Assembly: GCA_046497275.1 (NCBI GenBank)
Contig: JAWOFX010000096.1
Span: 1-32,000 of the forward strand
Reading direction: 5' to 3'
DNA from: Promethearchaeia archaeon
GTDB taxonomy: Archaea > Asgardarchaeota > Lokiarchaeia > Sigyniarchaeales > SOKP01
Length of the DNA: 32,000 bases
Shown: piece by piece, positions 1-8,665 of the stretch
Position numbering within the stretch: position 1 is the stretch's first letter
Layout of the letters: each line of letters opens with the position of its first letter
Notes under the pieces: model-generated
Database searches by the model: none
Told to the model about the DNA's origin: nothing
Seen by the model: only the letters and a program-made list of their open reading frames with translations
Made by a program: the position numbers and the translations under genes

Positions 1-594
1 TATAAAATAAATGATACTTGGCCTGAATTAGCTTCACCCAGCTCTGAGATTAGAGTATTGATTAATGGGAATCCTCATACTGAGACAATCCGTTTATCTT
101 CTGCTACTGACGAGTTTCAATCAAATAAACCTGATGGCTATGATGTCACCGATTTACTCTTAAAAGATACCAATATTAATATCTCAATCCAACTATATTT
201 AGCAGATTCATTTGAACTTAATCGAGCAATAAAAATATCAATTGATGATGTCTACCTTGAAATCTCTTATATTGATGTAATAGTTGATATCACCACGGAA
301 CCATGGTTTAATACAGCTCTTTTTATAGGGATCATGACAATTGGTACTGTCTTAGGAATTTATTTTTGGGCTTATTATCGCTATTTAAGATTTCCATTGG
401 CCATTAGAAAAATTAGAAAATATCGCAGTTCATTAACTAGTGGCCAGCCACCTAAAGGTGTTCTCACCCCTTCAAGGAAAAATGCTTTTAGCAGGAAATA
501 TACCAGAAAAATGGGAAGTTCTTCAAAATTACTGGAAGGGAAATCTACCGAGACTTCATTAAAAATCGATATACTGAAAGACGAGTTAAAATAA
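1..594 (+). CDS. C-terminal part (5'-truncated) of a single-pass membrane/surface protein
   Basis: Frame is open from base 1 (YKINDTWPELASPSSEIRVLING...), so the track's TTG start at 58 is internal. Beta-rich segment, then one TM (ALFIGIMTIGTVLGIYFWAYY), then a basic tail (RYLRFPLAIRKIRKYR). Confidence 0.8.
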   Translation, partial: YKINDTWPELASPSSEIRVLINGNPHTETIRLSSATDEFQSNKPDGYDVTDLLLKDTNINISIQLYLADSFELNRAIKISIDDVYLEISYIDVIVDITTEPWFNTALFIGIMTIGTVLGIYFWAYYRYLRFPLAIRKIRKYRSSLTSGQPPKGVLTPSRKNAFSRKYTRKMGSSSKLLEGKSTETSLKIDILKDELK

Positions 595-639
595 AGATTT
601 TTTACTTGCCTTTTATTTTTTCTAAATTCTCTTTTTAGC

Positions 640-1200
640 TTAAAAATCAGATTCTTTTAGAAATTTCACAATCATTGCATTATGGTATCTTCCACGTAGA
701 CATAAATAGTGTTCCAAAACGCATTCTTCTTCAAATCCACATGATTTAAATAATTTAATAGAACGATTATTTTGAATAGTTATATAAGCTTCAAGTCGAT
801 GAAGATTTAGATAATTAAATCCAATTATTTTGGCTAATTCGATTGTTCTTTTTCCAAATCCTTGTTCCCAGTATTTAGGTTTTATCCAAATACCAATTTC
901 AGCTCTTTTATGAAGCCAATTTACATTCCAAAGGCTGATTGCTCCGATCGATTCTTTTATATTATCAAATTTAGCTTCAATGATATAATTAAATTGCTCT
1001 CTATTTTCCCAATAGTTTAAATAACGTTCAATTAAATTTTTAGAATGCCTAAGTGATAAAAGAGGTCCGATTGACATATATCTAATAGTTTCTTTATTAT
1101 TTAAGGCCCGGAAAAAGAATTTAGCATCATCTTTAGTGATTTTTCGTAAAAATATTTTCCCATCATCAATTTCTTCAACGACGTTCCTATTTGGAGACAT
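640..1200 (-). CDS. GNAT family N-acetyltransferase, RimJ/RimL-like
   Basis: FLRKITKDD at the N-terminus, AEIGIWI, acetyl-CoA loop YWEQGFG, LHRLEA, N..SIKLFKSCGFEEE. Confidence 0.9.
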   Translation of the reverse strand: MSPNRNVVEEIDDGKIFLRKITKDDAKFFFRALNNKETIRYMSIGPLLSLRHSKNLIERYLNYWENREQFNYIIEAKFDNIKESIGAISLWNVNWLHKRAEIGIWIKPKYWEQGFGKRTIELAKIIGFNYLNLHRLEAYITIQNNRSIKLFKSCGFEEECVLEHYLCLRGRYHNAMIVKFLKESDF

Positions 1201-1303
1201 AATCGATATTATAAATAAAATATCTTATAGTATAAATCATTAATTGCTTTACGTATAGATTGAAATAAAAAATAAGAAATAAAAAAAATATTAAGAAATA
1301 GGA

Positions 1304-2128
1304 TTAATATCCCTTGAATTCTGGCTCTTTTCGTCTTAAAAAGGCATTAATACCTTCTTTTACATCTTCAGCAGCGGAATTCACACCAAAACCTAATTGT
1401 TCAAACTGTAAACCAATATTAGGTGGAACTTCGGTACCAAATTTCAGACATTTCTTAATAACGGTCAGTGATGTAGTAGCAGCATGGCCCAGCCAAGAAG
1501 CTTTTTCATTGACTAAACTTTCGAATTCATCCCCTTCTTCTGCAAGGAAAGAAACATAACCCCATTCATGCATTTCTTCTGCAGATACTCTTTCACCAAA
1601 GTAAATCATCTTGGTTGTTCTTGCTAACCCAATGTGTCGTGCCATTCTTTGGGTTCCACCATTTGCTGGAAAAATTCCTCTTTGAATTTCTGGAAATCCA
1701 AAGAAAGATCGTTTAGAAGCGATTACAATATCACAAACTAAAGTAAGTTCACAGCCACCACCTAATGCATATCCATCTACAGCAGCAATTACTGGTTTTG
1801 GAAATACTTCTATAAGATCATAATATCTATGACGCATATCCATCGCAATAGACATATGCATTGGAATATTAGGTTTGACTCCAGGACCAAAGGAAGATGA
1901 AAGATCAGCTCCGGCGGAAAATGCAGGTTTCTTGGTATAATCTTTTGTCCCACGTAATACTATACAACGGACTTTTGGATCTAATTCAAAAGAATACATT
2001 GCATCAGAAACTTCTTTGACTGTTTGAACTTGAAGAGCATTTAATTTGTCGGGACGATTCAGAGAAATTACCGCATAATTACCCTCTTCATTAACTTCTA
2101 CTTTTATATGTTCATATTCTTCAGACAT
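1304..2128 (-). CDS. Enoyl-CoA hydratase/isomerase (crotonase) family protein
   Basis: LNRPDKLNAL, AFSAGADL, KPVIAAVDGYALGGGCEL, FGFPEIQRGIFP (both catalytic Glu present), EDVKEGINAF. GAGGTAA RBS upstream. Confidence 0.93.
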   Translation of the reverse strand: MSEEYEHIKVEVNEEGNYAVISLNRPDKLNALQVQTVKEVSDAMYSFELDPKVRCIVLRGTKDYTKKPAFSAGADLSSSFGPGVKPNIPMHMSIAMDMRHRYYDLIEVFPKPVIAAVDGYALGGGCELTLVCDIVIASKRSFFGFPEIQRGIFPANGGTQRMARHIGLARTTKMIYFGERVSAEEMHEWGYVSFLAEEGDEFESLVNEKASWLGHAATTSLTVIKKCLKFGTEVPPNIGLQFEQLGFGVNSAAEDVKEGINAFLRRKEPEFKGY

Positions 2129-2336
2129 ATCATATTACCTCTATTTTTAAGAATTCTTTAATTTTTAATTGAGTTTTCTATTTTTGAATTAAGAATAATT
2201 AGTATTATTTTTTTTAAAATTAAAAACTTTCAAATTTTTATGTAAAAAAGAAAGATAATGGTTTAATCAAATAAAATCTTTAAAAGCAGTAATTAACCCT
2301 AATAAGTTAAAAAAAAACATAAATGCGAAAAAAATA

Positions 2337-3515
2337 TTATTTGTATTTTTTGAATTCTCCAGTCTTCATCATTTCAATGGGTTTTAAATAATCTTTTCCA
2401 GTTTTTTCGGCAAGGCCTTCTAATTTTTGAGCCCATTTTTCATAGCTGCGTTTCCCAGGTCCAAACGGTCCAGGAGTGTTCATTCCCGCCATATTTGCTT
2501 TATCAATAGCCTTATAACTATCAGTTATACCTTCTTTCAATATTCTGCAGCCTTCATTTAACATAATTGCCATGCTATTTTGTACATCAAACATTCCTGC
2601 CTTTTCTGATTTATCAATATCTGGGCGACCCTCTTCTGGCCAATCATAAAATCCTTCACCCGCCTTTTTACCAAGTTTTCCCTCTTCATACATTTCAGTG
2701 AGCACTTTGCCCGGTTTAAAGTCTTCAGATAGTGTTTCTTCATAATATTTCATTGTATGGTAAACCGTATCAATTCCTGTATAATCCATTAATTCACATG
2801 GACCCATTGGCATTAAACCTTTTGCATCCGCATCAATTTTATTCCATGAAATTCCCTCTTCAGCAGCTTTATCAAACATCCAACTCATATATATTTGTAC
2901 AGGAGCATTAAGTCGATTTACGATGAATCCAGGACGATCTTTCAGTACTTTTGCGATAAATCTGTCTCCTTTAAGACAAGGCAAAGATTCACCAAATTTA
3001 ATTCCTATTTCTATAGATTCATCAGAAGATTTATCCCCATATATTATTTCAATTAATCGCATTAAAATTGGAGGATTAAAGAAATGCATGCCTATAACCT
3101 CATCTTCTCTATTTGTGGCACTCGCAATATCTGAAATTGACATTGTTGAGGTATTAGTTGCTAATATACAGTTTTCGGGGGCGTTTTTATCTAATTCTTC
3201 GAAAACTTGTTGTTTAATGTCCATTTTTTCAATAACCGCTTCAATTATATAATCCGCATTATTAGCAGCTTCAGCATTGCTTGTTGTTGTTGTTAATCGA
3301 TCTAGAACCTCATCAGAACTCCCTTCTAATTTTCCTTTAGACTCCAACTTTTTTATTCCATTTGTGATTTCTTTGACTCCTTTGTCTATATATTCTTGTT
3401 TAATATCTGCTAAAGTAACATTATATCCTCCCATCAGTGCAACTTGAGCAATATTATGCCCCATTTCACCTGCACCAATGACAGAAATATTCTTTATTTC
3501 ATCAATACTAACCAT
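2337..3515 (-). CDS. 3-hydroxyacyl-CoA dehydrogenase (NAD-binding), paralog 1
   Basis: IGAGEMG Rossmann motif, IIEAVIE, LATNTSTMSI, GMHFFNP, PGFIVNR, PMGPCELMD. GAGGA RBS. Confidence 0.93.
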   Translation of the reverse strand: MVSIDEIKNISVIGAGEMGHNIAQVALMGGYNVTLADIKQEYIDKGVKEITNGIKKLESKGKLEGSSDEVLDRLTTTTSNAEAANNADYIIEAVIEKMDIKQQVFEELDKNAPENCILATNTSTMSISDIASATNREDEVIGMHFFNPPILMRLIEIIYGDKSSDESIEIGIKFGESLPCLKGDRFIAKVLKDRPGFIVNRLNAPVQIYMSWMFDKAAEEGISWNKIDADAKGLMPMGPCELMDYTGIDTVYHTMKYYEETLSEDFKPGKVLTEMYEEGKLGKKAGEGFYDWPEEGRPDIDKSEKAGMFDVQNSMAIMLNEGCRILKEGITDSYKAIDKANMAGMNTPGPFGPGKRSYEKWAQKLEGLAEKTGKDYLKPIEMMKTGEFKKYK

Positions 3516-3659
3516 TTTGTATTCCTCTTTGATTTGAAATATTTGGATATATCTTTAGCTAGGACTAATTAAGCTCAATTTTTAAATAAACTGCTTAAAA
3601 GTTAAAAATTATAAAAGAAAAAATAGGATAAAAATAAAAAATGAAAATGAAGTTATTAT

Positions 3660-4847
3660 TTATTTTCTCATCTTTTTGAAGCCGCCAGTCTTCATTAGCT
3701 CGATTGGTTTAAAGTATTCTTTACCCGTTTTTTCAACAAGATCTTCTAAAATTTCGGCTGCTTTTTCGAAATTACTTTTACCCCATCCAAAAGGTCCGGG
3801 AGAATTCATTCCAGCCATATTTGCATCATCAATTATTTTATAACCACTGGCAATTCCTTCATCAAGAATTCTACAACCTTCATTTAACATAATTGCCATA
3901 CTAGTTTGAAGGTCAAATAATCCAGCGGGTTCAGCAGCTTTAACTTTATTTTTAATACCTTCTCTTCCTTGATTCCAGTCATAAAATCCTTTTCCCGTTT
4001 TTGCTCCGAGATTTCCGTTATCAACCATTTCTTTTACAACTTGCGGTGGTTCAAAATCTTCAGATAAGGTCTCTTTGTAATAATTCATAGTATGCATCAT
4101 TGTATCTAATCCAACGTAATCAGCTAATTCACATGGGCCCATAGGCATTTTTCCACCAGCATCAGCATCTATTTGCGCCCAATCAAGCCCTCTTTCTTTT
4201 GCAGTATCAAAAACCCAACCGATATAAATATTAACCGGTGCATTCATTCTATTTACTATGAATCCCGGTCCTTCTTTCAATACAGGAGCAATATATCTGT
4301 CCCCTCTTAAGCAAGGTAGGGATTCTGCAACTGCCATTGCAGTTTCAAAAGTCTCATCCGATGTATCTTCACTCCGAATAACTTCAATACATCTCATTAG
4401 AGGTACAGGATTAAAGAAATGCATACCACATGCTCGCTCTGGAGCACCACTATCCTTGGCAATTTCTGTAATACTCATTGTTGAAGTATTTGACGCAAAA
4501 ATTATGTGATCTGGCCCATTATCCATAACAGTTTTGCACACTTGTTTTTTAATATCCATCTTCTCAACCACAGCTTCAATAACAATATCAACATTTTTAA
4601 CAGCTTCTGCAAGATCTATTGATTTTATCAATTTTGACATAACAGAGTCAGCAGTGATACCCGCTCCCAGTTTACCTTTAGATTCAAGTTTTTGCATACC
4701 TTCTCTAATATTCGCTTCGCCACTGTCTACAAACTCTTGTTTGATATCAACAAGAGTCACATCATAATCGGCCATAAGGGCAACTTGAGCAATTCCAGAA
4801 CCCATGAGGCCCGCACCAACAACAGCTACTTTTTTAACATCAACCAT
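3660..4847 (-). CDS. 3-hydroxyacyl-CoA dehydrogenase (NAD-binding), paralog 2
   Basis: VGAGLMG, VIEAVVE, FASNTSTMSI, GMHFFNPVPLM, PGFIVNR. Aligns end to end with 2337..3515. Confidence 0.93.
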   Translation of the reverse strand: MVDVKKVAVVGAGLMGSGIAQVALMADYDVTLVDIKQEFVDSGEANIREGMQKLESKGKLGAGITADSVMSKLIKSIDLAEAVKNVDIVIEAVVEKMDIKKQVCKTVMDNGPDHIIFASNTSTMSITEIAKDSGAPERACGMHFFNPVPLMRCIEVIRSEDTSDETFETAMAVAESLPCLRGDRYIAPVLKEGPGFIVNRMNAPVNIYIGWVFDTAKERGLDWAQIDADAGGKMPMGPCELADYVGLDTMMHTMNYYKETLSEDFEPPQVVKEMVDNGNLGAKTGKGFYDWNQGREGIKNKVKAAEPAGLFDLQTSMAIMLNEGCRILDEGIASGYKIIDDANMAGMNSPGPFGWGKSNFEKAAEILEDLVEKTGKEYFKPIELMKTGGFKKMRK

Positions 4848-4962
4848 TTTGTTACACCAATATTTTGTAGTTTTTTTTTTATTTTGAGATTTAACATGTT
4901 AAGTAATTTATAGAATTTTTTAATGTTTCACATTTTGATATTTGCATTTTTGTTTTTCTAAA

Positions 4963-4994
4963 AATTGTTATCAATTTTGAAAACTGATACAATT
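4963..4994. promoter_or_regulatory. Imperfect inverted repeat, candidate transcription-factor site upstream of the acyl-CoA oxidation cluster
   Basis: aattgttatcaatttt-g-aaaactgatacaatt: 15-16 bp arms with one bulge and one mismatch, about 115 bp upstream of the 4847 start. Confidence 0.3.
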
Positions 4995-5137
4995 GATTTC
5001 TCCATAATATAATAAAAATAATCAAAAGAAAATTCAGTATTTTTATAAGAAAAAAGAGAAAAATGATTAGAAATCATAATAAAAATGAATTTATACCCAA
5101 TTCATTATAATTATAATAGAAATCCGCTAATTTTGAT

Positions 5138-5153
5138 GATGAGAAATCTCATC
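5138..5153. promoter_or_regulatory. Inverted repeat GATGAGA-AA-TCTCATC, candidate operator upstream of the first site-2 protease
   Basis: Perfect 7-bp arms, lying between a TATA-like tract (5104-5117) and the ATG at 5208. Confidence 0.3.
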
Positions 5154-5207
5154 TATATTGTTAAATAAGCATTTTAAAAAAATTAAATTATTTAAAGAGG
5201 ATAAAAT

Positions 5208-6329
5208 ATGAAAATAGGACGAATTTATGGCATTGAAATAAAATTACATATTTCAACCTTATTAATTGTTGGATTAGTAGGATTCTATGCTGCTACGATT
5301 TATAATAGCTTAACTGGGTCTCTTAATATCCCAGTCTTAATTACTATCGGAGTTATCAATGGATTCATTATGCTATTTTCCATCTTAGCTCATGAAATAA
5401 TGCATTCAATTGTAGCTCAAAAGTATGGGTTAAACGTATCAGAGATTGAGTTGTATGTTCTAGGTGGTGTCTCGAAAATTGAGGAAGAACCCAGAACACC
5501 GAAAAGTGAATTCATTATTGCTGTTGTTGGACCATTGACGAGTATAATTTTAGGCATTATTTTTGTTGGACTACTCTTCTTGCCTATCAATTATTCTGCG
5601 TTTATATATATTACTTTATTCTATGCTGGGTTCTCTAATATAACTCTGGGGATATTCAATCTTCTCCCCGCGTTCCCTATAGACGGAGGAAGACTCTTGC
5701 GATCTTTTCTTTGGTATAGAAGGAAAGATCTAGTATCTGCGACTCGTACAGCCTCGAAAATAGGCGTATTTTTTGGTTATGGATTGATATTTTTTGGAGT
5801 CTTACAATCATTATTTTTAGGGCTTTTTAACGGGTTTTGGCTTGTTTTAATCGGATTATTTTTGATATCATCTGCTAAGAATGCGTACAAGCAAGTTAAA
5901 GTGAATAATCAATTATCACAATTCAATGCACATGAATTATCAAAAATACCAGATGCTATTATTCCTTTCAATACTTTTGTATCTGATGCTATTAGGAATT
6001 ATTTTATGAGATACAATAGAGATTATTTTCCCGTATCACAAGGAAATAAAATAATTGGGATCGTTTCTATTGAAGATATCAAGAATATATCTCCTGAACT
6101 GCGGCAGAGATACATAATAGGATATCTAGCGCAGAATTTAGACAACTTCCCCACAATATATGAAAGCGAGCGAGGAGATAATGTTATGAATAAAATAAAT
6201 ACCAATGAAATGAAACCTAATTTACTTGTTGTTAAAGGCGGAGAAAATAATCAGCATGTTGTTGGATTTATTAGTCCACAAGATTTAAATTCAGCCATAA
6301 AATTAACGGAATTAAAAATTGAAGGCTGA
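5208..6329 (+). CDS. Site-2 protease (peptidase M50) with C-terminal CBS pair, paralog 1
   Basis: AHEIMH (HExxH), IAVVGP, FNLLPAFPIDGGR, multiple TMs, CBS-like C-terminus (YFPVSQGNKIIGIVSIEDI). GAGGA RBS. Confidence 0.92.
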   Translation: MKIGRIYGIEIKLHISTLLIVGLVGFYAATIYNSLTGSLNIPVLITIGVINGFIMLFSILAHEIMHSIVAQKYGLNVSEIELYVLGGVSKIEEEPRTPKSEFIIAVVGPLTSIILGIIFVGLLFLPINYSAFIYITLFYAGFSNITLGIFNLLPAFPIDGGRLLRSFLWYRRKDLVSATRTASKIGVFFGYGLIFFGVLQSLFLGLFNGFWLVLIGLFLISSAKNAYKQVKVNNQLSQFNAHELSKIPDAIIPFNTFVSDAIRNYFMRYNRDYFPVSQGNKIIGIVSIEDIKNISPELRQRYIIGYLAQNLDNFPTIYESERGDNVMNKINTNEMKPNLLVVKGGENNQHVVGFISPQDLNSAIKLTELKIEG

Positions 6330-6622
6330 AAAATTCTATTATTTTTTTATACTATTTTTTGCAGATTTTGTAAATTTGATTTTATTATAATTTTTATTTT
6401 TATTTTTTAAGTTAAAAACATCCATATCAGAGAGATTTAAAAATATAAAAGAAGGATGAAAACTATGTATAATTTTAAGTCAAAATTTATATATATCTAA
6501 ATTATTTGCTTAAAACTAAGTAAATTTCGGAGAAAATCGAGATTATACTTTATGAAGTAGATAAGTGCTTCTTAAGACAAAGTGAGCTTCGAAATTTTGA
6601 ATAATTTTTAGGGATAAATAAA

Positions 6623-7756
6623 ATGAAAATTGGAAAAGTAAAAGGTATCGAAATAGATTTACATCTATCGACGTTGGCAATAGTAGGTTTAATTGGTTTT
6701 TCCGCTGCCCAATTTTTTTATGCATCTACGGGAATATTTGATATTACAAGTCTTATTATTGTTGGCGTGATAAATGGACTCATCATACTTGGATCAATAA
6801 TAGCTCATGAATTATCACATTCCATTATTTCTTTAAGACATGGGTTAAATGTATCGGAAATTGAGTTATATATGTTTGGTGGAGTCTCCAACATTGAGGA
6901 AGAACCTAAAACGCCGCGTTCAGAAACTATCATATCAGGGGCAGGGCCAGCAGCAAGTTTAATCATAGGAGGGGTATTTTTATTATTGTATTTTATTCCA
7001 TTATGGTTGGATATCACTCTTCCAGCAATCTTGGCAATTACTTTCTTTTATTCGGGAATTTCTAATACAGGATTAGGATTATTCAATCTAGTTCCCGCAT
7101 TTCCAATGGACGGAGGGAGGGTCCTAAGAGCATATCTCTGGAAGAAAAGAGACGATCTTCTATCTGCAACGGAAACAGCATCAAAGGTTGGATATTATTT
7201 TGGCTGGGCAATGGTGGGATATGGATTTTTTGAAATAATTTTCCTTCCCGGGATAATTGGAGGTTTCTGGTTCATTATTCTAGGATTTTTCCTTAGTAAT
7301 TCTTCACGAAATGCATATCAACAGACGGTTTATGAATATAAATTGTCAAAAATATCTGCTAAAGAGGTTTTAAAAAAACCGGATCAAATGATCCCGTTTG
7401 ATACAAAAATTAAGGATGCAATCCAACAATATTTCATGAATTTTAGGAAATCTTATTTTCCTGTTATCAAAAATGATGAAATTATTGGCATAGTAACAAT
7501 TGATAGTATTCAGAAAATCCCACCTAACCAAAGATCAGAGCTCATCATTGGGAAAGCTATGAAAGACATTTCAGAATTTCCAAACATTTCAGAGGAAGAA
7601 ACTGCTAAAGCAGCGTTCAGTAAGATTCGTGTTGAAGAACAAGAACCTAAAATAATAATTGTGAAAGATGATGGGAGTGTATCAGGCTTTATTACAGAAA
7701 ATGAAATTCAATCAGCCATAAGGCTCTCCGATTTATTATTTGGAGAAAAAATATAA
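6623..7756 (+). CDS. Site-2 protease (peptidase M50) with C-terminal CBS pair, paralog 2
   Basis: AHELSH, ISGAGP, FNLVPAFPMDGGR, YFPVIKNDEIIGIVTIDSI. Confidence 0.92.
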   Translation: MKIGKVKGIEIDLHLSTLAIVGLIGFSAAQFFYASTGIFDITSLIIVGVINGLIILGSIIAHELSHSIISLRHGLNVSEIELYMFGGVSNIEEEPKTPRSETIISGAGPAASLIIGGVFLLLYFIPLWLDITLPAILAITFFYSGISNTGLGLFNLVPAFPMDGGRVLRAYLWKKRDDLLSATETASKVGYYFGWAMVGYGFFEIIFLPGIIGGFWFIILGFFLSNSSRNAYQQTVYEYKLSKISAKEVLKKPDQMIPFDTKIKDAIQQYFMNFRKSYFPVIKNDEIIGIVTIDSIQKIPPNQRSELIIGKAMKDISEFPNISEEETAKAAFSKIRVEEQEPKIIIVKDDGSVSGFITENEIQSAIRLSDLLFGEKI

Positions 7757-7856
7757 ATTTTTTATTTTCTATTTTTTTAAATCTAACAAGAAGGCTAAAG
7801 GATTATAATGCTATAATTTAAGATTAGATTGAAAATTTCAATTATTCATTTTAATA

Positions 7857-8405
7857 TTAATAATAGAAGTTCAATTCTTCTATACATACATCTTTTTCTG
7901 GATTGTTATCTAAATAGTTTATTTCTACTCTCTTTATTTTATTGCCAAGCAATTCAGAAAATGCTGTTTCAAAATACCCCTTATTAACTCGACAGAATGA
8001 TTTTCCAAATTCAAGATTTTCTCTATTTTTTATTGATTTTCTTAGAAAACAATGATTCTCAATCTCTATACGAATTCTACTATCTAATTGTTCCACTTTT
8101 CTAATTTGTATGGAATAAAATTCTTTCAATTCACTCATTAAAATCATAATAGTTTCAATAATATCGAATTCTTCCTTTTGATATTGTTCTTTTATGCGAT
8201 TGGCAATAATTTTACCCGGTGCAGATCCAACTTGATAAAGGATTGAGAGAAGCATATTTTTTCCATAGATATCATATACTTTATCAACTAATGATTCAGA
8301 TATAATTTCGAAACCTTTTAATGGCTTTATATTTTCACAAGGATTTGAGATTTTATTATTTAACTCGTCTAAATTCAAATGATCCCCTTTTAATAATATT
8401 TTCAA
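7857..8405 (-). CDS. V4R / methanogen-output-domain-like small ligand-binding protein
   Basis: Helical N-half (LYQVGSAPGKIIA), then a strand with HCFLR, FCRVNKGYFETAF and a terminal DVC. Three Cys spaced as in V4R-like folds. TTG start uncertain. Confidence 0.55.
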   Translation of the reverse strand: MKILLKGDHLNLDELNNKISNPCENIKPLKGFEIISESLVDKVYDIYGKNMLLSILYQVGSAPGKIIANRIKEQYQKEEFDIIETIMILMSELKEFYSIQIRKVEQLDSRIRIEIENHCFLRKSIKNRENLEFGKSFCRVNKGYFETAFSELLGNKIKRVEINYLDNNPEKDVCIEELNFYY

Positions 8406-8665
8406 AACTTTATTTTGGAATAAAACTCACTTGCTAAAAGGTCTATTCCAATTTATATAAAGCTATTCTTCAATAATATTTCAAAAATTAGATATTTTAA
8501 TAAGATTATGATTTTTATTTTTTTCCGTCTAATTGCCATCTTTCTATAGATATCAGATAAAAAAAGTTGTTAAATGTGAAAAATTATTTTATCCAGAAAA
8601 GAGATATTAAATTTCAAATTAAAATATATTATAGAGAAAGTCATATCAGATCTTAGAGATAAAAA

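Noticed and set aside
58-594. Track ORF starting at TTG 58
   Set aside because: The frame is open to base 1 with protein-like sequence, so the gene starts outside the window.
300-594. Loki-CTERM/PGF-CTERM sorting signal on the first ORF
   Set aside because: No PG(F/Y)-type motif before the TM, and the tail is far longer than such signals.
1314-4913. Short track ORFs overlapping the crotonase and dehydrogenase genes
   Set aside because: Antisense or alternate-frame shadows of well-supported genes, with no motifs.
5104-5117. Palindrome ATTATAATTATAAT
   Set aside because: A/T only and low complexity; better read as a TATA-like tract.
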